Shown here: piece after piece, positions 9,256-19,325 of the stretch
Position numbering within the stretch: position 1 is the stretch's first letter
How the letters are laid out: every line of letters starts with the position of its first letter
Source: Chthonomonas calidirosea
Lineage (GTDB): Bacteria > Armatimonadota > Fimbriimonadia > Fimbriimonadales > Fimbriimonadaceae
Direction of reading: 5' to 3'
DNA length: 64,000 nucleotides
Assembly (NCBI GenBank): GCA_945859975.1
Contig: CAMAPH010000001.1
Location: 32,001 to 96,000, forward strand
Notes under the pieces: model-generated
What the model saw: only the letters and a program-made list of their open reading frames with translations
Told to the model about the DNA's origin: nothing
Databases searched by the model: none
Program-made: the position numbers and the translations under genes

Positions 9256-10248
9256 ATGTCTGAACGCGTTCGATGGGGAATCATGGCAACCGGCGGAATT
9301 GCTCGCCAGTTTGCAAACGGGCTCAAAGAGTCCAAAACGGGAGAGTTGGTAGCGGTCGGTTCGCGGTCCGATGAGGGCGCGAAGAAGTTCACCGACCAGT
9401 TCGGCGGAAAACCATACGGGTCATATGACGACTTGCTCGGCGATCCAAATGTGGATGCGGTCTATATTGCAACGCCGCATCACCTTCACATGCAAAACAC
9501 GATCGACGCGGCGCGAGCCGGAAAGGCGATCCTGTGTGAAAAGCCGTTCACGCTCAACGCCCTAGAGGCCGAAACCGCCCTCAAAGTCGTTGACGAAATG
9601 GGTGTTTTCTTCATGGAAGCATTCATGTATCGGTGCGCTCCGCAAACGATCGAAATCAAGAAAATCTTGCGGGATGGCGAAATTGGCCAGGTGCTCCAGG
9701 TGAATTCTGAATTCGGCTTCCAAGCTGGCAAGGACTGGACCAACTTCCGCGCCGACGGCGCGCTGGGCGGCGGCGGACTGATGGACGTCGGTTCCTATTG
9801 CGTTTCCTTCTCTCGACTCGCCGTGGGTGAAGAGCCAAGTACGCACAGTTTCTCTGGCCTCTTTTCCGACAAAGGCTATGACGAATCCTCAGCTGGACTG
9901 CTAGGGTTCCCCAGCGGCGCTGTAGCGCACTTTGGCACCGGAATTCACGTTAGCCTGCGCAACGACGCCCGCGTCTACGGAGAAACCGGACGGCTCTTCG
10001 TCGACGAACCCTGGAAGTGCAGCAGCGGCAAACTCCGCCTAGAACGACACGGCAAGGACCCAATCGAGCAAGAGTTCGTTCTCACGAACAACGAACTGTA
10101 CGCTCTCGAAGCCGACGCTGTCGCTGCCTTCCTTGCTGAAAAAGAGTGCCCGCACATGACTAAAGCGGACACCCTCGGCAATATGCGAACCCTCGATGCT
10201 CTTCGCGCAAGCGCAGGCTTCACCTTTGCGAACGAACTCAAATCATGA
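9256..10248 (+). CDS. Gfo/Idh/MocA family oxidoreductase
   Basis: RWGIMATGGIA, DAVYIATPH, LCEKP, FMEAFMYR, GGGLMDVGSY. Confidence 0.93.
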   Translation: MSERVRWGIMATGGIARQFANGLKESKTGELVAVGSRSDEGAKKFTDQFGGKPYGSYDDLLGDPNVDAVYIATPHHLHMQNTIDAARAGKAILCEKPFTLNALEAETALKVVDEMGVFFMEAFMYRCAPQTIEIKKILRDGEIGQVLQVNSEFGFQAGKDWTNFRADGALGGGGLMDVGSYCVSFSRLAVGEEPSTHSFSGLFSDKGYDESSAGLLGFPSGAVAHFGTGIHVSLRNDARVYGETGRLFVDEPWKCSSGKLRLERHGKDPIEQEFVLTNNELYALEADAVAAFLAEKECPHMTKADTLGNMRTLDALRASAGFTFANELKS

Positions 10249-11168
10249 AATACGGAACCGTTCCTCACTTCGATAAGCAAATCTCCCGGCTCGTCATGGG
10301 CGTGATCCCTCTGCCGCAGAACGACAACGAAAAGGCGTTCGCCCTTTTGGATACGTACCGCGCGGCGGGTGGAAACATCATCGACAACAGCTACCACTAC
10401 GGCCCAGGATTCTCCGTCGTGATGAAAGCCTATTACGAAGCACGCGGCGAAGACGCACTGATTCGATTTGATAAAGGCAGCCACCACTACTACGGCCGAG
10501 AGAATTGGAATCGGACGACCCGAGAGGCGATGGACGAAGAGATTCGCGGCAACCTGGAGCGACAGGGCGTTAGCTACAGCGATTTCTATGTTCTCCACCG
10601 TGACAACGAGGCCGTTCCGGCAGGCGAAGTTGTCGAATGGCTGAACGAGCACAAGGATGCAGGTCGAATCAAAGCGTTCGGCGGTAGCAACTGGTCTGCG
10701 GCCCGAATCGCCGAAGCCAACGAGTATGCGGAGAAGCATGGCCTGCAAGGGTTCAGCGCATCGTCTCCAAACCTCAGCTTGGCCCTGGCGAATGAGCCAA
10801 TGTGGACTGGATGCTCGCAGCCAACTCGCGAAGAGCGAGCCTGGTATGCCACTCAACCCGTTGGCCTCTTCTCCTGGTCGAGCGGCGGTGGCGGCTTCTT
10901 CGCTCACCTCGACGAAGTTCCAGACATCATTCGCGTTTATCACAACGAGATCAACTTCGCCCGACGCGAACGCGTTGGACAAATGGCCGCCGAGAAGGGT
11001 GTCACCGGAACCCAGCTTGCGCTCGCTTGGACCCTCAACCAGCCGATCAATGTGTTCGGATTGATCGGCCCTCGAACCGTTGAACAGCTTGAAGACAACC
11101 TGAAGGCGGTTGACATTGAGCTAACGCCCGAAGAGCTGACATGGCTCGAAGACGGCCCAGTCGCCTGA
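10245..11168 (+). CDS. Aldo/keto reductase
   Basis: GGNIIDNSYHYG, LHRD, GRIKAFGGSNW, QLALAW; coupled to the Gfo gene. Confidence 0.9.
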   Translation: MKYGTVPHFDKQISRLVMGVIPLPQNDNEKAFALLDTYRAAGGNIIDNSYHYGPGFSVVMKAYYEARGEDALIRFDKGSHHYYGRENWNRTTREAMDEEIRGNLERQGVSYSDFYVLHRDNEAVPAGEVVEWLNEHKDAGRIKAFGGSNWSAARIAEANEYAEKHGLQGFSASSPNLSLALANEPMWTGCSQPTREERAWYATQPVGLFSWSSGGGGFFAHLDEVPDIIRVYHNEINFARRERVGQMAAEKGVTGTQLALAWTLNQPINVFGLIGPRTVEQLEDNLKAVDIELTPEELTWLEDGPVA

Positions 11169-11184
11169 TCCGACTAACCCATCG

Positions 11185-11225
11185 AAGCTGCCGTCACGGA
11201 AATCCGTTGACGGCAGTTTTTGTTT
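11185..11225 (+). terminator. Rho-independent terminator
   Basis: GCTGCCGTCA...TGACGGCAGT stem followed by TTTTTGTTT. Confidence 0.8.
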
Positions 11226-11259
11226 GTAATTCGAGGCAATCCAACGTATCCTATGCCTC

Positions 11260-13017
11260 ATGCCCACCTCGTGGCTTTTCGCCGCATCGTTATTGTTCCA
11301 ACCGCAATCGGCACCCACATTTCTAGAAGCCGATGCGAGAAGTATCGTTACCGAGTTAGCCGACCCGAAATACAAGGGCCGCAATTCGATGACCGAGGAC
11401 TTTGCCAACGCGTCCAAGTACTGCGTTGACTGGCTCAAAGCAGCAGGCATTCCACCCGCGGCCAAGAACGGCGAATACGAGCAGCGGTTCACCTTGCAGC
11501 GGGTTGGAGTCGACCCAACCGCATCATCGATCTCTACCAAAGATAAGAAAATTTCTCTCGTGTACGGGACGGATTTCGTTCTGAGCGCTTTCCACACGTT
11601 TTTACGCGAAGTGGAAGCTGTGTTCGTTTGGGTTCCTGCCGGAAAGTCCCTCACCGACGCCCAGCGCCGGAGCTTGCGCGACAAGTTGGTCATCGTCCAT
11701 CCCAGCCAGCAACGCGATAATGCGGCTTTCTTACTAAGCCTTGCCCCGAACACTCCGAACCCGCCGCTTTCAGTTGTTCGATACGCCGAAACCCTCGGCA
11801 ACACCAGCTTGACCGAGCTTGTGATCAAAGACTCGCCACTCAATGCTCCAGGGTTCCGAAACTTTCGGTTGACTAAGGCAGCCGCCGAAAAGCTCGCAAG
11901 CACATACACCTTGCCCGAGTTCTTCGCCCAATCGCCGAACGCAGCAAGCGTTGAAACGATCCCTACCAAGCTCGTTCTCCTAGCAAATTCAAAGATCATC
12001 ACCGAGTTTCCGATGCACAACGTGGTGGCGAAGATTGAGGGATCGGATCCGAAGCTGAAGAATCAAGCGGTTCTGTTCGGCTCGCACCTTGACCATCTCG
12101 GCCTCAGCACGGACGGAAAGGTCCACTTCCCCGGTGCCGACGACAACGCGAGCGGCGTTGCCGCTAGCCTGCTCATTGCGCGCGCATTTAAGAACGCGAC
12201 GATCAAGCCGAAACGAACGATCATCTTTTCGCTCTGGACAGGAGAGGAAACCGGCACGTTTGGCTCGCTTTACTACAGCCGAAATCCGATCGTCAACCTC
12301 AAGGACACCGTTGCTTATCTCAACCTCGACATGGTCGGTCGCGACAGCGACAACCGTCCATTGAACGATGCCGCCGATGACAACCGGGATTCGGTTTATG
12401 CCGGGATCGCCCGACTGAACTCCCCCGATCTCTACAAACTGGTTAAGGAAACCAGCCAAGGCACAAACCTCAACCTGCGAGACGACAAAGACGACCGAAC
12501 TGCCCGCAGCGACACCCGGAACTTCGTGCCGTACGGCGTGCCCTCGCTCAAGGTCTGGACCGGGGAGCACCCCGACTATCACCGTCCCGGCGACACCGCG
12601 GACAAGCTGAACTACGCGAAGATGGTCCGCATCACGCAATGGCTGTATAAGACCGCCGACCGGCTGGCAAACCAGTCCGGGCGACCGGCTTTCTCTGAAG
12701 GGGCCGAGTATCTGCAAGGCCGGTGGACGGCAGCCGCGAACACTGTGGTTCCCGCAACGGCGACGGCGACTTTCACTTTGTTCGAAGTGAATGGAGCGCG
12801 TGAGACGGTGGTTGACCAGATCACCGCTGTCCGCCCAGGCGCATTCCCGATTCGATTCGCCCTGCGCACCGACCCCAAAAAGCTCCGTAAGGATCGAAGC
12901 TACCGAGTCGACGCCATGATGATGGATGGCGCAACCAAGCTGTTCTCCGGAACGGCCGCCAGCTTGACCGGCGACAATGGCCGCCTCACGGCCGTCGAGA
13001 TCGTCGTTCCGGGCTAA
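11260..13017 (+). CDS. Secreted M28 metallopeptidase with C-terminal YbaY-like domain
   Basis: Signal peptide; SHLDHLG, GADDNASG, WTGEE, NLDMVGR, RSD, DYH; C-terminal beta domain with FPIRFAL..DP...Y pattern. Confidence 0.88.
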   Translation: MPTSWLFAASLLFQPQSAPTFLEADARSIVTELADPKYKGRNSMTEDFANASKYCVDWLKAAGIPPAAKNGEYEQRFTLQRVGVDPTASSISTKDKKISLVYGTDFVLSAFHTFLREVEAVFVWVPAGKSLTDAQRRSLRDKLVIVHPSQQRDNAAFLLSLAPNTPNPPLSVVRYAETLGNTSLTELVIKDSPLNAPGFRNFRLTKAAAEKLASTYTLPEFFAQSPNAASVETIPTKLVLLANSKIITEFPMHNVVAKIEGSDPKLKNQAVLFGSHLDHLGLSTDGKVHFPGADDNASGVAASLLIARAFKNATIKPKRTIIFSLWTGEETGTFGSLYYSRNPIVNLKDTVAYLNLDMVGRDSDNRPLNDAADDNRDSVYAGIARLNSPDLYKLVKETSQGTNLNLRDDKDDRTARSDTRNFVPYGVPSLKVWTGEHPDYHRPGDTADKLNYAKMVRITQWLYKTADRLANQSGRPAFSEGAEYLQGRWTAAANTVVPATATATFTLFEVNGARETVVDQITAVRPGAFPIRFALRTDPKKLRKDRSYRVDAMMMDGATKLFSGTAASLTGDNGRLTAVEIVVPG

Positions 13018-13019
13018 GA

Positions 13020-14195
13020 CTATCTACCGGGTCGCTTCGATTGGTTTCGCGAGCGGCCCCGCCGTCCGCCTGGCTTGGGCGGACCGGTGCGGGGCTTGAA
13101 CTTCGGCTTCGCCGGACGCGGGTTCGGGCGGTTTTTCGGAGGCTTTTCTTTTTCTGCTTCTTCTTCTGGTGCCGGAGCTTTTGGCGTGAACGGCAAAGCA
13201 TCGCCGTAAGCCCAAAACGGCGGTAGGGTGCTCAGATCCACCGGCTCGGATGTCGCAACGTCCGTTCGGCGCAGGAGGCATGTAAACGCGCCGGCACCCA
13301 TGCCCTGCTGCGGGAACAGTCGGTAGCACGGAAACTGCGTGTACTCGGATTGGTACGCCGCCAAGTGCGGAACGGGGACGGCTTCCATAAACGGATACTC
13401 ATCTAGCATCCACTCCAGAATCTTTTCGTTCTCTTTGTAGGAGTAGGTGCAAGTCATGTAGAGCAAGTGCCCGCCCGGCTTGAGGGCGTTAATCGCGTTT
13501 CCGGTGATCCGCCGCTGGCGGCTGTGGTTCATGTCCACCATCGAGTTCGTGAACGCCCCGACCGCCTTGTCTCCTTTGGCGATCATCGACTGCCCCGAGC
13601 AGGGCGCGTCCACGATGATGAAGTCAAAGGTCGCCGGGAACTTCTTCGCGTAAACCCGAGGGTCGGCGACCCAAACCTGTGACCGCTCGATTTTGCATCG
13701 GTGCAAGTTGTTGATCAGTGACTCCGTGCGGTTCCGCATCGTCTCGTTGCAGATCAACGCCTCTGGCTGAAACATCCGCCAGGCGAAGATCCCTTTTCCT
13801 CCGGGCGAGGAGCACAGGTCCAAAATCGTCTTAGGCGCTTCCGGGATCGCCATCATGGCCGAAGCCGCGAAGACCGACGAAAAGTCCAGCGAGTAGTAGC
13901 TGCCGCGAGCGTAGAGCGGGTGTTGGGCGGGCTTGAAGGTCTCCTGTAGCCGAATGACAAAGTCTGGCTGCCATGCGGCGGCGCTGACGCGCGGGAAGGT
14001 TCGGATTTCTGGCCGTTCTTCGATCACCAAGATCGCCTTCTCTCGGCTCTGGCCCTCTAGAATCGCCTCGATAAACAGCTCGCGCTCCGCTTCATCCGGG
14101 AAAAGCATGGTTGCAAGCTTCACCATCGGCGGCGTGGCGGTCTTTTTGAGCTTGCCGCCCTTCTTTTTCAGCTTCTCCGTTTTGCGTTGCATCAT
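13020..14195 (-). CDS. RsmB/RsmF (NOL1/NOP2) RNA m5C methyltransferase
   Basis: LDLCSSPGGK, DAPCSG and YMTCT catalytic Cys motifs; Lys/Arg-rich termini. Confidence 0.88.
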   Translation of the reverse strand: MMQRKTEKLKKKGGKLKKTATPPMVKLATMLFPDEAERELFIEAILEGQSREKAILVIEERPEIRTFPRVSAAAWQPDFVIRLQETFKPAQHPLYARGSYYSLDFSSVFAASAMMAIPEAPKTILDLCSSPGGKGIFAWRMFQPEALICNETMRNRTESLINNLHRCKIERSQVWVADPRVYAKKFPATFDFIIVDAPCSGQSMIAKGDKAVGAFTNSMVDMNHSRQRRITGNAINALKPGGHLLYMTCTYSYKENEKILEWMLDEYPFMEAVPVPHLAAYQSEYTQFPCYRLFPQQGMGAGAFTCLLRRTDVATSEPVDLSTLPPFWAYGDALPFTPKAPAPEEEAEKEKPPKNRPNPRPAKPKFKPRTGPPKPGGRRGRSRNQSKRPGR

Positions 14196-14272
14196 CTCGT
14201 TGCCACCATTTCCCCAGGTTCATGATGGCAGGACGATGACACCGAGGAATGCGCGCGGTAACCTGCCGAGCC

Positions 14273-15352
14273 ATGGCTGCTTGGAAAGGGATCATTCACG
14301 CCTACGGCGACCGGATGAACATCAGCAAATCGGTAGCTCCCGTTACGCTTTGCGAAGGCAATACGCCGTTGATTCCGTTGCCGAAGCTTGCTGCCCAAAT
14401 CGCCCCTGGGGCTGAACTCTATGCCAAGTTCGAAGGGCTCAACCCCACCGGTAGCTTCAAAGATCGCGGCATGACGACCGCGATCACGCAGTCCGTGGCC
14501 GATGGCGCTCAAACCGTGATCTGCGCCAGCACGGGCAATACCGCCGCCGCGGCAGCCGCCTACGCCGCCCGAGCGGGGCAAACCTGCGTCGTTCTGATTC
14601 CCGACGGCAAGATCGCCCTGGGCAAGCTGGCCGGGGCGATTGCCTACGGAGCCCGCGTGATTGCGATTGATGGCTCGTTCGACGCTGCGTTGCGGATGGT
14701 TCGGGAAGTGAGCGATCGTGCACCCATCGCTCTCGTGAACTCGGTTAACCCTGCCCGATTAGAAGGGCAGAAGACCGCGGCTTGGGAAGTTTGTGAACAG
14801 CTTGGTGGCTTTCCGGATTGGCTTTGTCTTCCGGTGGGCAATGCGGGCAACATCTCGAGCTACTGGATGGGCTTTTCGGAATGCCCCGGGCCGTGCCGAT
14901 GCGAAGTCTGCCCTCGGCCCAATCGCAAGCCGCAATTGCTCGGTGCCCAGGCCGCAGGTGCCGCGCCGCTGGTCACCGGTCTTCCCTGCCCGAACCCGGA
15001 GACCCGCGCAACCGCTATCCGCATCGGCGCCCCCGCCCGGGCTGAACAGGCTCTGACCGCCATTCGCGAATCGAACGGACAAATGCTCGCCGTCACCGAC
15101 GAGGAGATTTTCCGCGCTTATCACCTCGTCGCGGAGACCGAAGGGGTGTTCTGCGAGCCTTCTTCCGCGGCCGGGCTTGCTGGCCTAAATCAAGCGGTGC
15201 AGAATGGCACTTTAAATCCCGAAGGCAAACGCATTGTCTGCGTCCTCACCGGGCACGGCCTCAAAGACCCCGATTCGGCCGTGGCTGAGGGCGCAGATAT
15301 ACAGAAGGTGGAAGCCAACGTCGATGCACTGCTGAGAGGACTCAACCTATGA
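14273..15352 (+). CDS. thrC: Threonine synthase
   Basis: EGNTPL, NPTGSFKDRGM, CASTGNT, PVGNAGN, FCEPSSAA, LTGHGLKDP; adjacent to thrB. Confidence 0.95.
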   Translation: MAAWKGIIHAYGDRMNISKSVAPVTLCEGNTPLIPLPKLAAQIAPGAELYAKFEGLNPTGSFKDRGMTTAITQSVADGAQTVICASTGNTAAAAAAYAARAGQTCVVLIPDGKIALGKLAGAIAYGARVIAIDGSFDAALRMVREVSDRAPIALVNSVNPARLEGQKTAAWEVCEQLGGFPDWLCLPVGNAGNISSYWMGFSECPGPCRCEVCPRPNRKPQLLGAQAAGAAPLVTGLPCPNPETRATAIRIGAPARAEQALTAIRESNGQMLAVTDEEIFRAYHLVAETEGVFCEPSSAAGLAGLNQAVQNGTLNPEGKRIVCVLTGHGLKDPDSAVAEGADIQKVEANVDALLRGLNL

Positions 15353-16281
15353 TCCGCGTCCGAATCCCCGCCACCACCGCGAACATCGGCCCTGGCTTTG
15401 ACTGCATGGGCTTGGCGCTGGACCTTTGGAACTCTTTCGAGTTGCACCTTTCCGGCGAAGGTTCGGGCTTCTCTGTGGAGAACCACGGTGAGGGAGCCAG
15501 CGTTCTTGCGACCGACCACACCAACCTGACCGCGACCATTCTGCGAGAAGAACTTGAGCGTTCCGGGGTCGAGCTCAGCGGCCATGCGAAGATCGTTTGC
15601 CACAACGCCATTCCTTGCGCTTCTGGGCTTGGATCAAGTTCCACTGCCACCCTCGCCGGGGTGTTGTTCTCGCAAGCCGTTCTTCGCGCCCAGGCCGGCG
15701 AGGACCCAGCCGAGCTTGACCGAACTCTCGTTTTGGAACGCGCGGTCGAACTCGAGGGGCACGGAGATAACGTCGCCCCGGCCCTGCTCGGAGGGTTTGT
15801 GATCGTGGTTCCAGATGGCGGGCGGGTGCTGACCAAACGCATTCCGCACGTGCCAATCAAAGCGGTGGTCTGCGTGCCGGAGTTCAAATACTTCACCAGC
15901 GAGGCCCGCGCCGCACTGCCGAGCCAGTACAGCAAAGCCGACGCGATTTACAACATCGGCCGCGCCATGCTCGTCGCCGAAGCCCTCCGCGCCGGAGACG
16001 ACACCCTTTTGGCGCAGTCGCTGAACGACCGGATTCACGAGCCCTACCGCCTCCCCGCCATCCCCGGCGCGGTCGCGGCGAAAGAGGCGGCAATGCAAGA
16101 AGGCGCGGTCGCGGTTGCCCTCTCCGGCGCCGGCCCTGGCACCATCGCCTTCGCCCGCCACGGCTTCGACCGAATCGGCCGCGCGATGAACCAAGCCTTC
16201 GCAGCGGCGGGTCTTAAAAGCCGCTACTGGATACTAGACGCCACCGACCAAGGCACCCACATCGGCCGCCTGCCGGTGTGA
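15349..16281 (+). CDS. thrB: Homoserine kinase
   Basis: [16 protein letters not shown] motif [21 protein letters not shown]. Confidence 0.95.
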   Translation: MIRVRIPATTANIGPGFDCMGLALDLWNSFELHLSGEGSGFSVENHGEGASVLATDHTNLTATILREELERSGVELSGHAKIVCHNAIPCASGLGSSSTATLAGVLFSQAVLRAQAGEDPAELDRTLVLERAVELEGHGDNVAPALLGGFVIVVPDGGRVLTKRIPHVPIKAVVCVPEFKYFTSEARAALPSQYSKADAIYNIGRAMLVAEALRAGDDTLLAQSLNDRIHEPYRLPAIPGAVAAKEAAMQEGAVAVALSGAGPGTIAFARHGFDRIGRAMNQAFAAAGLKSRYWILDATDQGTHIGRLPV

Positions 16282-16333
16282 GAGTTTCCGGTCGCCGAAT
16301 ACGCCTCCCATCCGGGTAACTTCCCGGACGTCA

Positions 16334-18103
16334 ATGAAGATCAATCCGCCGCAGAATCGACTCGTCACTCCGCTTCCTAAGCTCGGAATTCGGCCGACCA
16401 TTGATGGTCGTTACGGCGGGGTTCGGGAGTCGTTGGAAGAGATCACGATGGCGATGGCGCGTTCGGTGGCCAGCCTAATAAGCGAGACCCTGAAACACAG
16501 CACGGGCGAGCCGGTGGAGTGCGTGATTGCCGACACTTGCATTGGCGGATTTTCTGAGGCGGCGGCTTGCGCGGATAAGTTCCGTCGCGAGGGCGTCGGG
16601 CTGACGCTCACCGTCACGCCTTGCTGGTGCTATGGGTCGGAAACGATGGACGACGACCCGACGATGCCGAAAGCGATTTGGGGCTTTAACGGGACGGACC
16701 GGCCTGGCGCGGTCTATCTTGCGGCAACCCTGAGCGGGCATGCGCAGTTCGGCGTCCCGAGTTTTGGCATTTACGGCCAAGACGTACAAGACCTCGGCGA
16801 TGAGAACGTCCCGACCGACGTGCGCGAACGGCTGTTCCAGTTCGTCCGCGCGGGAGTGGCCGCCTCTACCATGCGGAACACCGCTTATCTCGCCATGGGC
16901 GGCACCAGCATGGGCATCGCTGGAAGCGTGGTAGACGGCGATTTCTTCCGCCGCTACCTGGGCATGCGGGTGGAATCGGTCGACATGAGCGAGTTCACCG
17001 GGCGAATCCAGAACGGCATCTTCGACCACGAAGAGTACGAAAGAGCCCTCACCTGGTGCAAAGAGAACCTGCACGAGGGCGAAGACTTCAACTCGCCCGA
17101 GAAGACCCGCACCCGCGAGCACCTGGATTCCGAGTGGGAAACCAGCATCAAGATGACCCTTATCGCGCGGGACCTAATGATCGGCAACCCGCGCCTGGCC
17201 GAGTTGGGCTACCCCGAACAAGCGCGCGGCCACAACGCCATCGCCGGCGGATTTCAGGGCCAACGGCAATGGACGGACTACAACCCGAATGGCGACTTCC
17301 TGGAAGCGATGCTGTGCAGCAGCTTCGATTGGAACGGCATTCGCCAACCGTTCCTCGTTGCGACCGAGAACGACGCGCTGAACGGTGCCTCGATGCTCTT
17401 TGGCCACCTCCTCACCGGCACCGCGCAGATGTTCAGCGACGTCCGCACCTACTGGTCCCCCGACGCGGTGGAGCGAGTCACCGGATGGCGGCCCGAAAGC
17501 GGCTTCCTGCACCTAATCAACTCCGGCCCGAGCGCCCTGGACTGGACCGGCGAGGGTGGGCTTCAGCCTTGGTGGGAAATGAACGCCGATGACGCGAAGC
17601 GCTGCATCGATTCCACCCGCTTCTGCCCGAGCATCACCGAGTACTTCCCTGGCGGCGGCTGGTCGACCGACTTCACCACTCGCGGCGGATATCCGGTGAC
17701 GATGTTCCGCATCAATCTGGTCCACGGGCTCGGCCCGGTGCTCCAGATTGCGGAAGGCGAAACGATCGAGCTTCCAGAAGAGGTTCACAACGCCCTTGAC
17801 GCTCGCACGAACCCAAGCTGGCCGACGACCTGGTTCCGCCCGCGCGTCACCGGACAAGGGGCGTTTGCCGACGAGTACCAGGTGATGGCGCATTGGGGAG
17901 CGAACCACGGCGCGATCTCGGTCGGCCACATTGGCGCCGACCTCATCACGTTGGCGGCCATGCTCCGAATCCCGGTGGACATGCACAATGTCGAGTCCGC
18001 GCAGGTGTTCCGTCCGGCGGCGTGGCACCGGTTTGGTTCGGGAATGGAGAGCGTCGGCGCAGATTTCCGCGCCTGCGCCAACTACGGCCCTCTCTACGGA
18101 TAA
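16334..18103 (+). CDS. fucI: L-fucose isomerase
   Basis: [49 protein letters not shown]. Confidence 0.96.
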   Translation: MKINPPQNRLVTPLPKLGIRPTIDGRYGGVRESLEEITMAMARSVASLISETLKHSTGEPVECVIADTCIGGFSEAAACADKFRREGVGLTLTVTPCWCYGSETMDDDPTMPKAIWGFNGTDRPGAVYLAATLSGHAQFGVPSFGIYGQDVQDLGDENVPTDVRERLFQFVRAGVAASTMRNTAYLAMGGTSMGIAGSVVDGDFFRRYLGMRVESVDMSEFTGRIQNGIFDHEEYERALTWCKENLHEGEDFNSPEKTRTREHLDSEWETSIKMTLIARDLMIGNPRLAELGYPEQARGHNAIAGGFQGQRQWTDYNPNGDFLEAMLCSSFDWNGIRQPFLVATENDALNGASMLFGHLLTGTAQMFSDVRTYWSPDAVERVTGWRPESGFLHLINSGPSALDWTGEGGLQPWWEMNADDAKRCIDSTRFCPSITEYFPGGGWSTDFTTRGGYPVTMFRINLVHGLGPVLQIAEGETIELPEEVHNALDARTNPSWPTTWFRPRVTGQGAFADEYQVMAHWGANHGAISVGHIGADLITLAAMLRIPVDMHNVESAQVFRPAAWHRFGSGMESVGADFRACANYGPLYG

Positions 18104-18111
18104 GGACTTAT

Positions 18112-18142
18112 GGTCCGGGGTCGGAAACCCTAGCCCCGGACC
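18112..18142. repeat. GC-rich intergenic inverted repeat (hairpin)
   Basis: GGTCCGGGG...CCCCGGACC directly after the fucI stop; no U-tract. Confidence 0.5.
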
Positions 18143-18157
18143 GACGGTCTCAGTTGC

Positions 18158-18385
18158 ATGCTCAAGGCATTCCGAGAGAAAAATGGCTTCTCCCTTCTTC
18201 CGCTGATCGTTGGCGTGCTCTACGGCGCGTCACCCCTGGATCTCATTCCAGACCTGATTCCACTCATCGGCTTTGTGGATGACGGAATCATTGTCGGATT
18301 TCTCGGTCTCATCATGGCTTGGCAATGGCTGGGTCGCGGACGACGAGCCCGCACTGCTCAATTGCAGCCCATTCGAGTCCGTTAG
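18158..18385 (+). CDS. YkvA / DUF1232 membrane protein
   Basis: YGASPLDLIPDLIPLIGFVDD signature. Confidence 0.9.
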   Translation: MLKAFREKNGFSLLPLIVGVLYGASPLDLIPDLIPLIGFVDDGIIVGFLGLIMAWQWLGRGRRARTAQLQPIRVR

Positions 18386-18398
18386 GTAAACCTTGCGG

Positions 18399-19088
18399 GT
18401 GAAGCTTAAGTTCGTACTGCCGTGTCTTTTCCTGGTTCAGATGGCCACGGCACAAACCGTCTGCATTGACGCCGGACACCCGAGCGAGGTCGGCATGGGA
18501 ACCAAGGGCAAGGTTCATACCGAAGTCAGCCTCGCTTGGAAGATTGCCAAGGGCCTGCAGAAAGCACTTGAGGCGGAAGGCGTAACGGTCGTTCTGACGA
18601 AATCAGAGGAACTCGAAAAAGTCCTGAATCGACGGCGAGCCGAGATCGCCAACGACGCGAAGGCGGACCTTTTAATTCGACTCCACTGCGACGCCGCATC
18701 TGGCACCGGCTTCGCGGTGTACTACCCCGACCGCACCGGAACCACCAAAGACGGCATCACTGGCCCTAGCAAGGACGTGCTGGCGAAAACCGCGATCGCC
18801 GCGAAGAAGTTTCACGCCGTCTATGCAGCCGCTTTGAAAGGCGCGCAGAAGGATAACGGTCTGAAATCTGATCTTAAGACTGCCATCGGCGCGAAGCAAG
18901 GCGCGCTCACCGGTTCGATTTTCTCCAAAGTCCCGGTTTTGCTCGTCGAGATGTGCGTGCTCACGAACCCCGCAGACGAAGCATTCATTGGTTCCGGTGA
19001 CGGCCAGCAAAAGATCATTTCGGCAATGACGAAAGCAACCCTTGCCGTGGTCAAACCTGCCACCGCGAGCCAAAAAGCCCGGTTATAA
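18399..19088 (+). CDS. N-acetylmuramoyl-L-alanine amidase (Amidase_3), secreted
   Basis: Signal peptide; IDAGH, E, RLHCD, LLVEM zinc/catalytic residues. Confidence 0.92.
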   Translation: MKLKFVLPCLFLVQMATAQTVCIDAGHPSEVGMGTKGKVHTEVSLAWKIAKGLQKALEAEGVTVVLTKSEELEKVLNRRRAEIANDAKADLLIRLHCDAASGTGFAVYYPDRTGTTKDGITGPSKDVLAKTAIAAKKFHAVYAAALKGAQKDNGLKSDLKTAIGAKQGALTGSIFSKVPVLLVEMCVLTNPADEAFIGSGDGQQKIISAMTKATLAVVKPATASQKARL

Positions 19089-19097
19089 TAACAGTCA

Positions 19098-19252
19098 TTG
19101 CGAAGGGTGCCCTGTCGTGGGGCATCTGTAAATTGGGGAAAGTCCGGTGAAATTCCGGCACTGTGCCGCAACGGTAGATCGACCTTGGTCGAAAGTCCGA
19201 ATGCCCGCTTCGCAGAAAAGAACAGCGAGTGCTGTCACCTACGAGCATGGGT
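19098..19252 (+). ncRNA. Cobalamin riboswitch (compact, class-II-like)
   Basis: P1 TGCGAAG/CTTCGCA; GGGAA-GTCCGGTGAAATTCCGGCACTGTGCCGCAACGGT core; B12-box-like AAGTCCGAATGCCCGC; downstream ACCTACGAGCATGGGT P13-like hairpin. Confidence 0.9.
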
Positions 19253-19325
19253 CCCCGGAGCGGCGCAACGTCGCCTCCCTGTCCATTTCTCCGCAACTGA
19301 CGGCCTTACCCGTGTGAGGTTCAGC

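Noticed and set aside
9975..12020. 335-aa and 299-aa minus-strand ORFs
   Set aside because: Antisense shadows of the aldo/keto reductase and M28 peptidase, expected at this GC content.
19098..19325. 76-aa N-terminal extension of the prepilin ORF in the ORF track
   Set aside because: This is the riboswitch leader; the prepilin signal needs the ATG at 19326.
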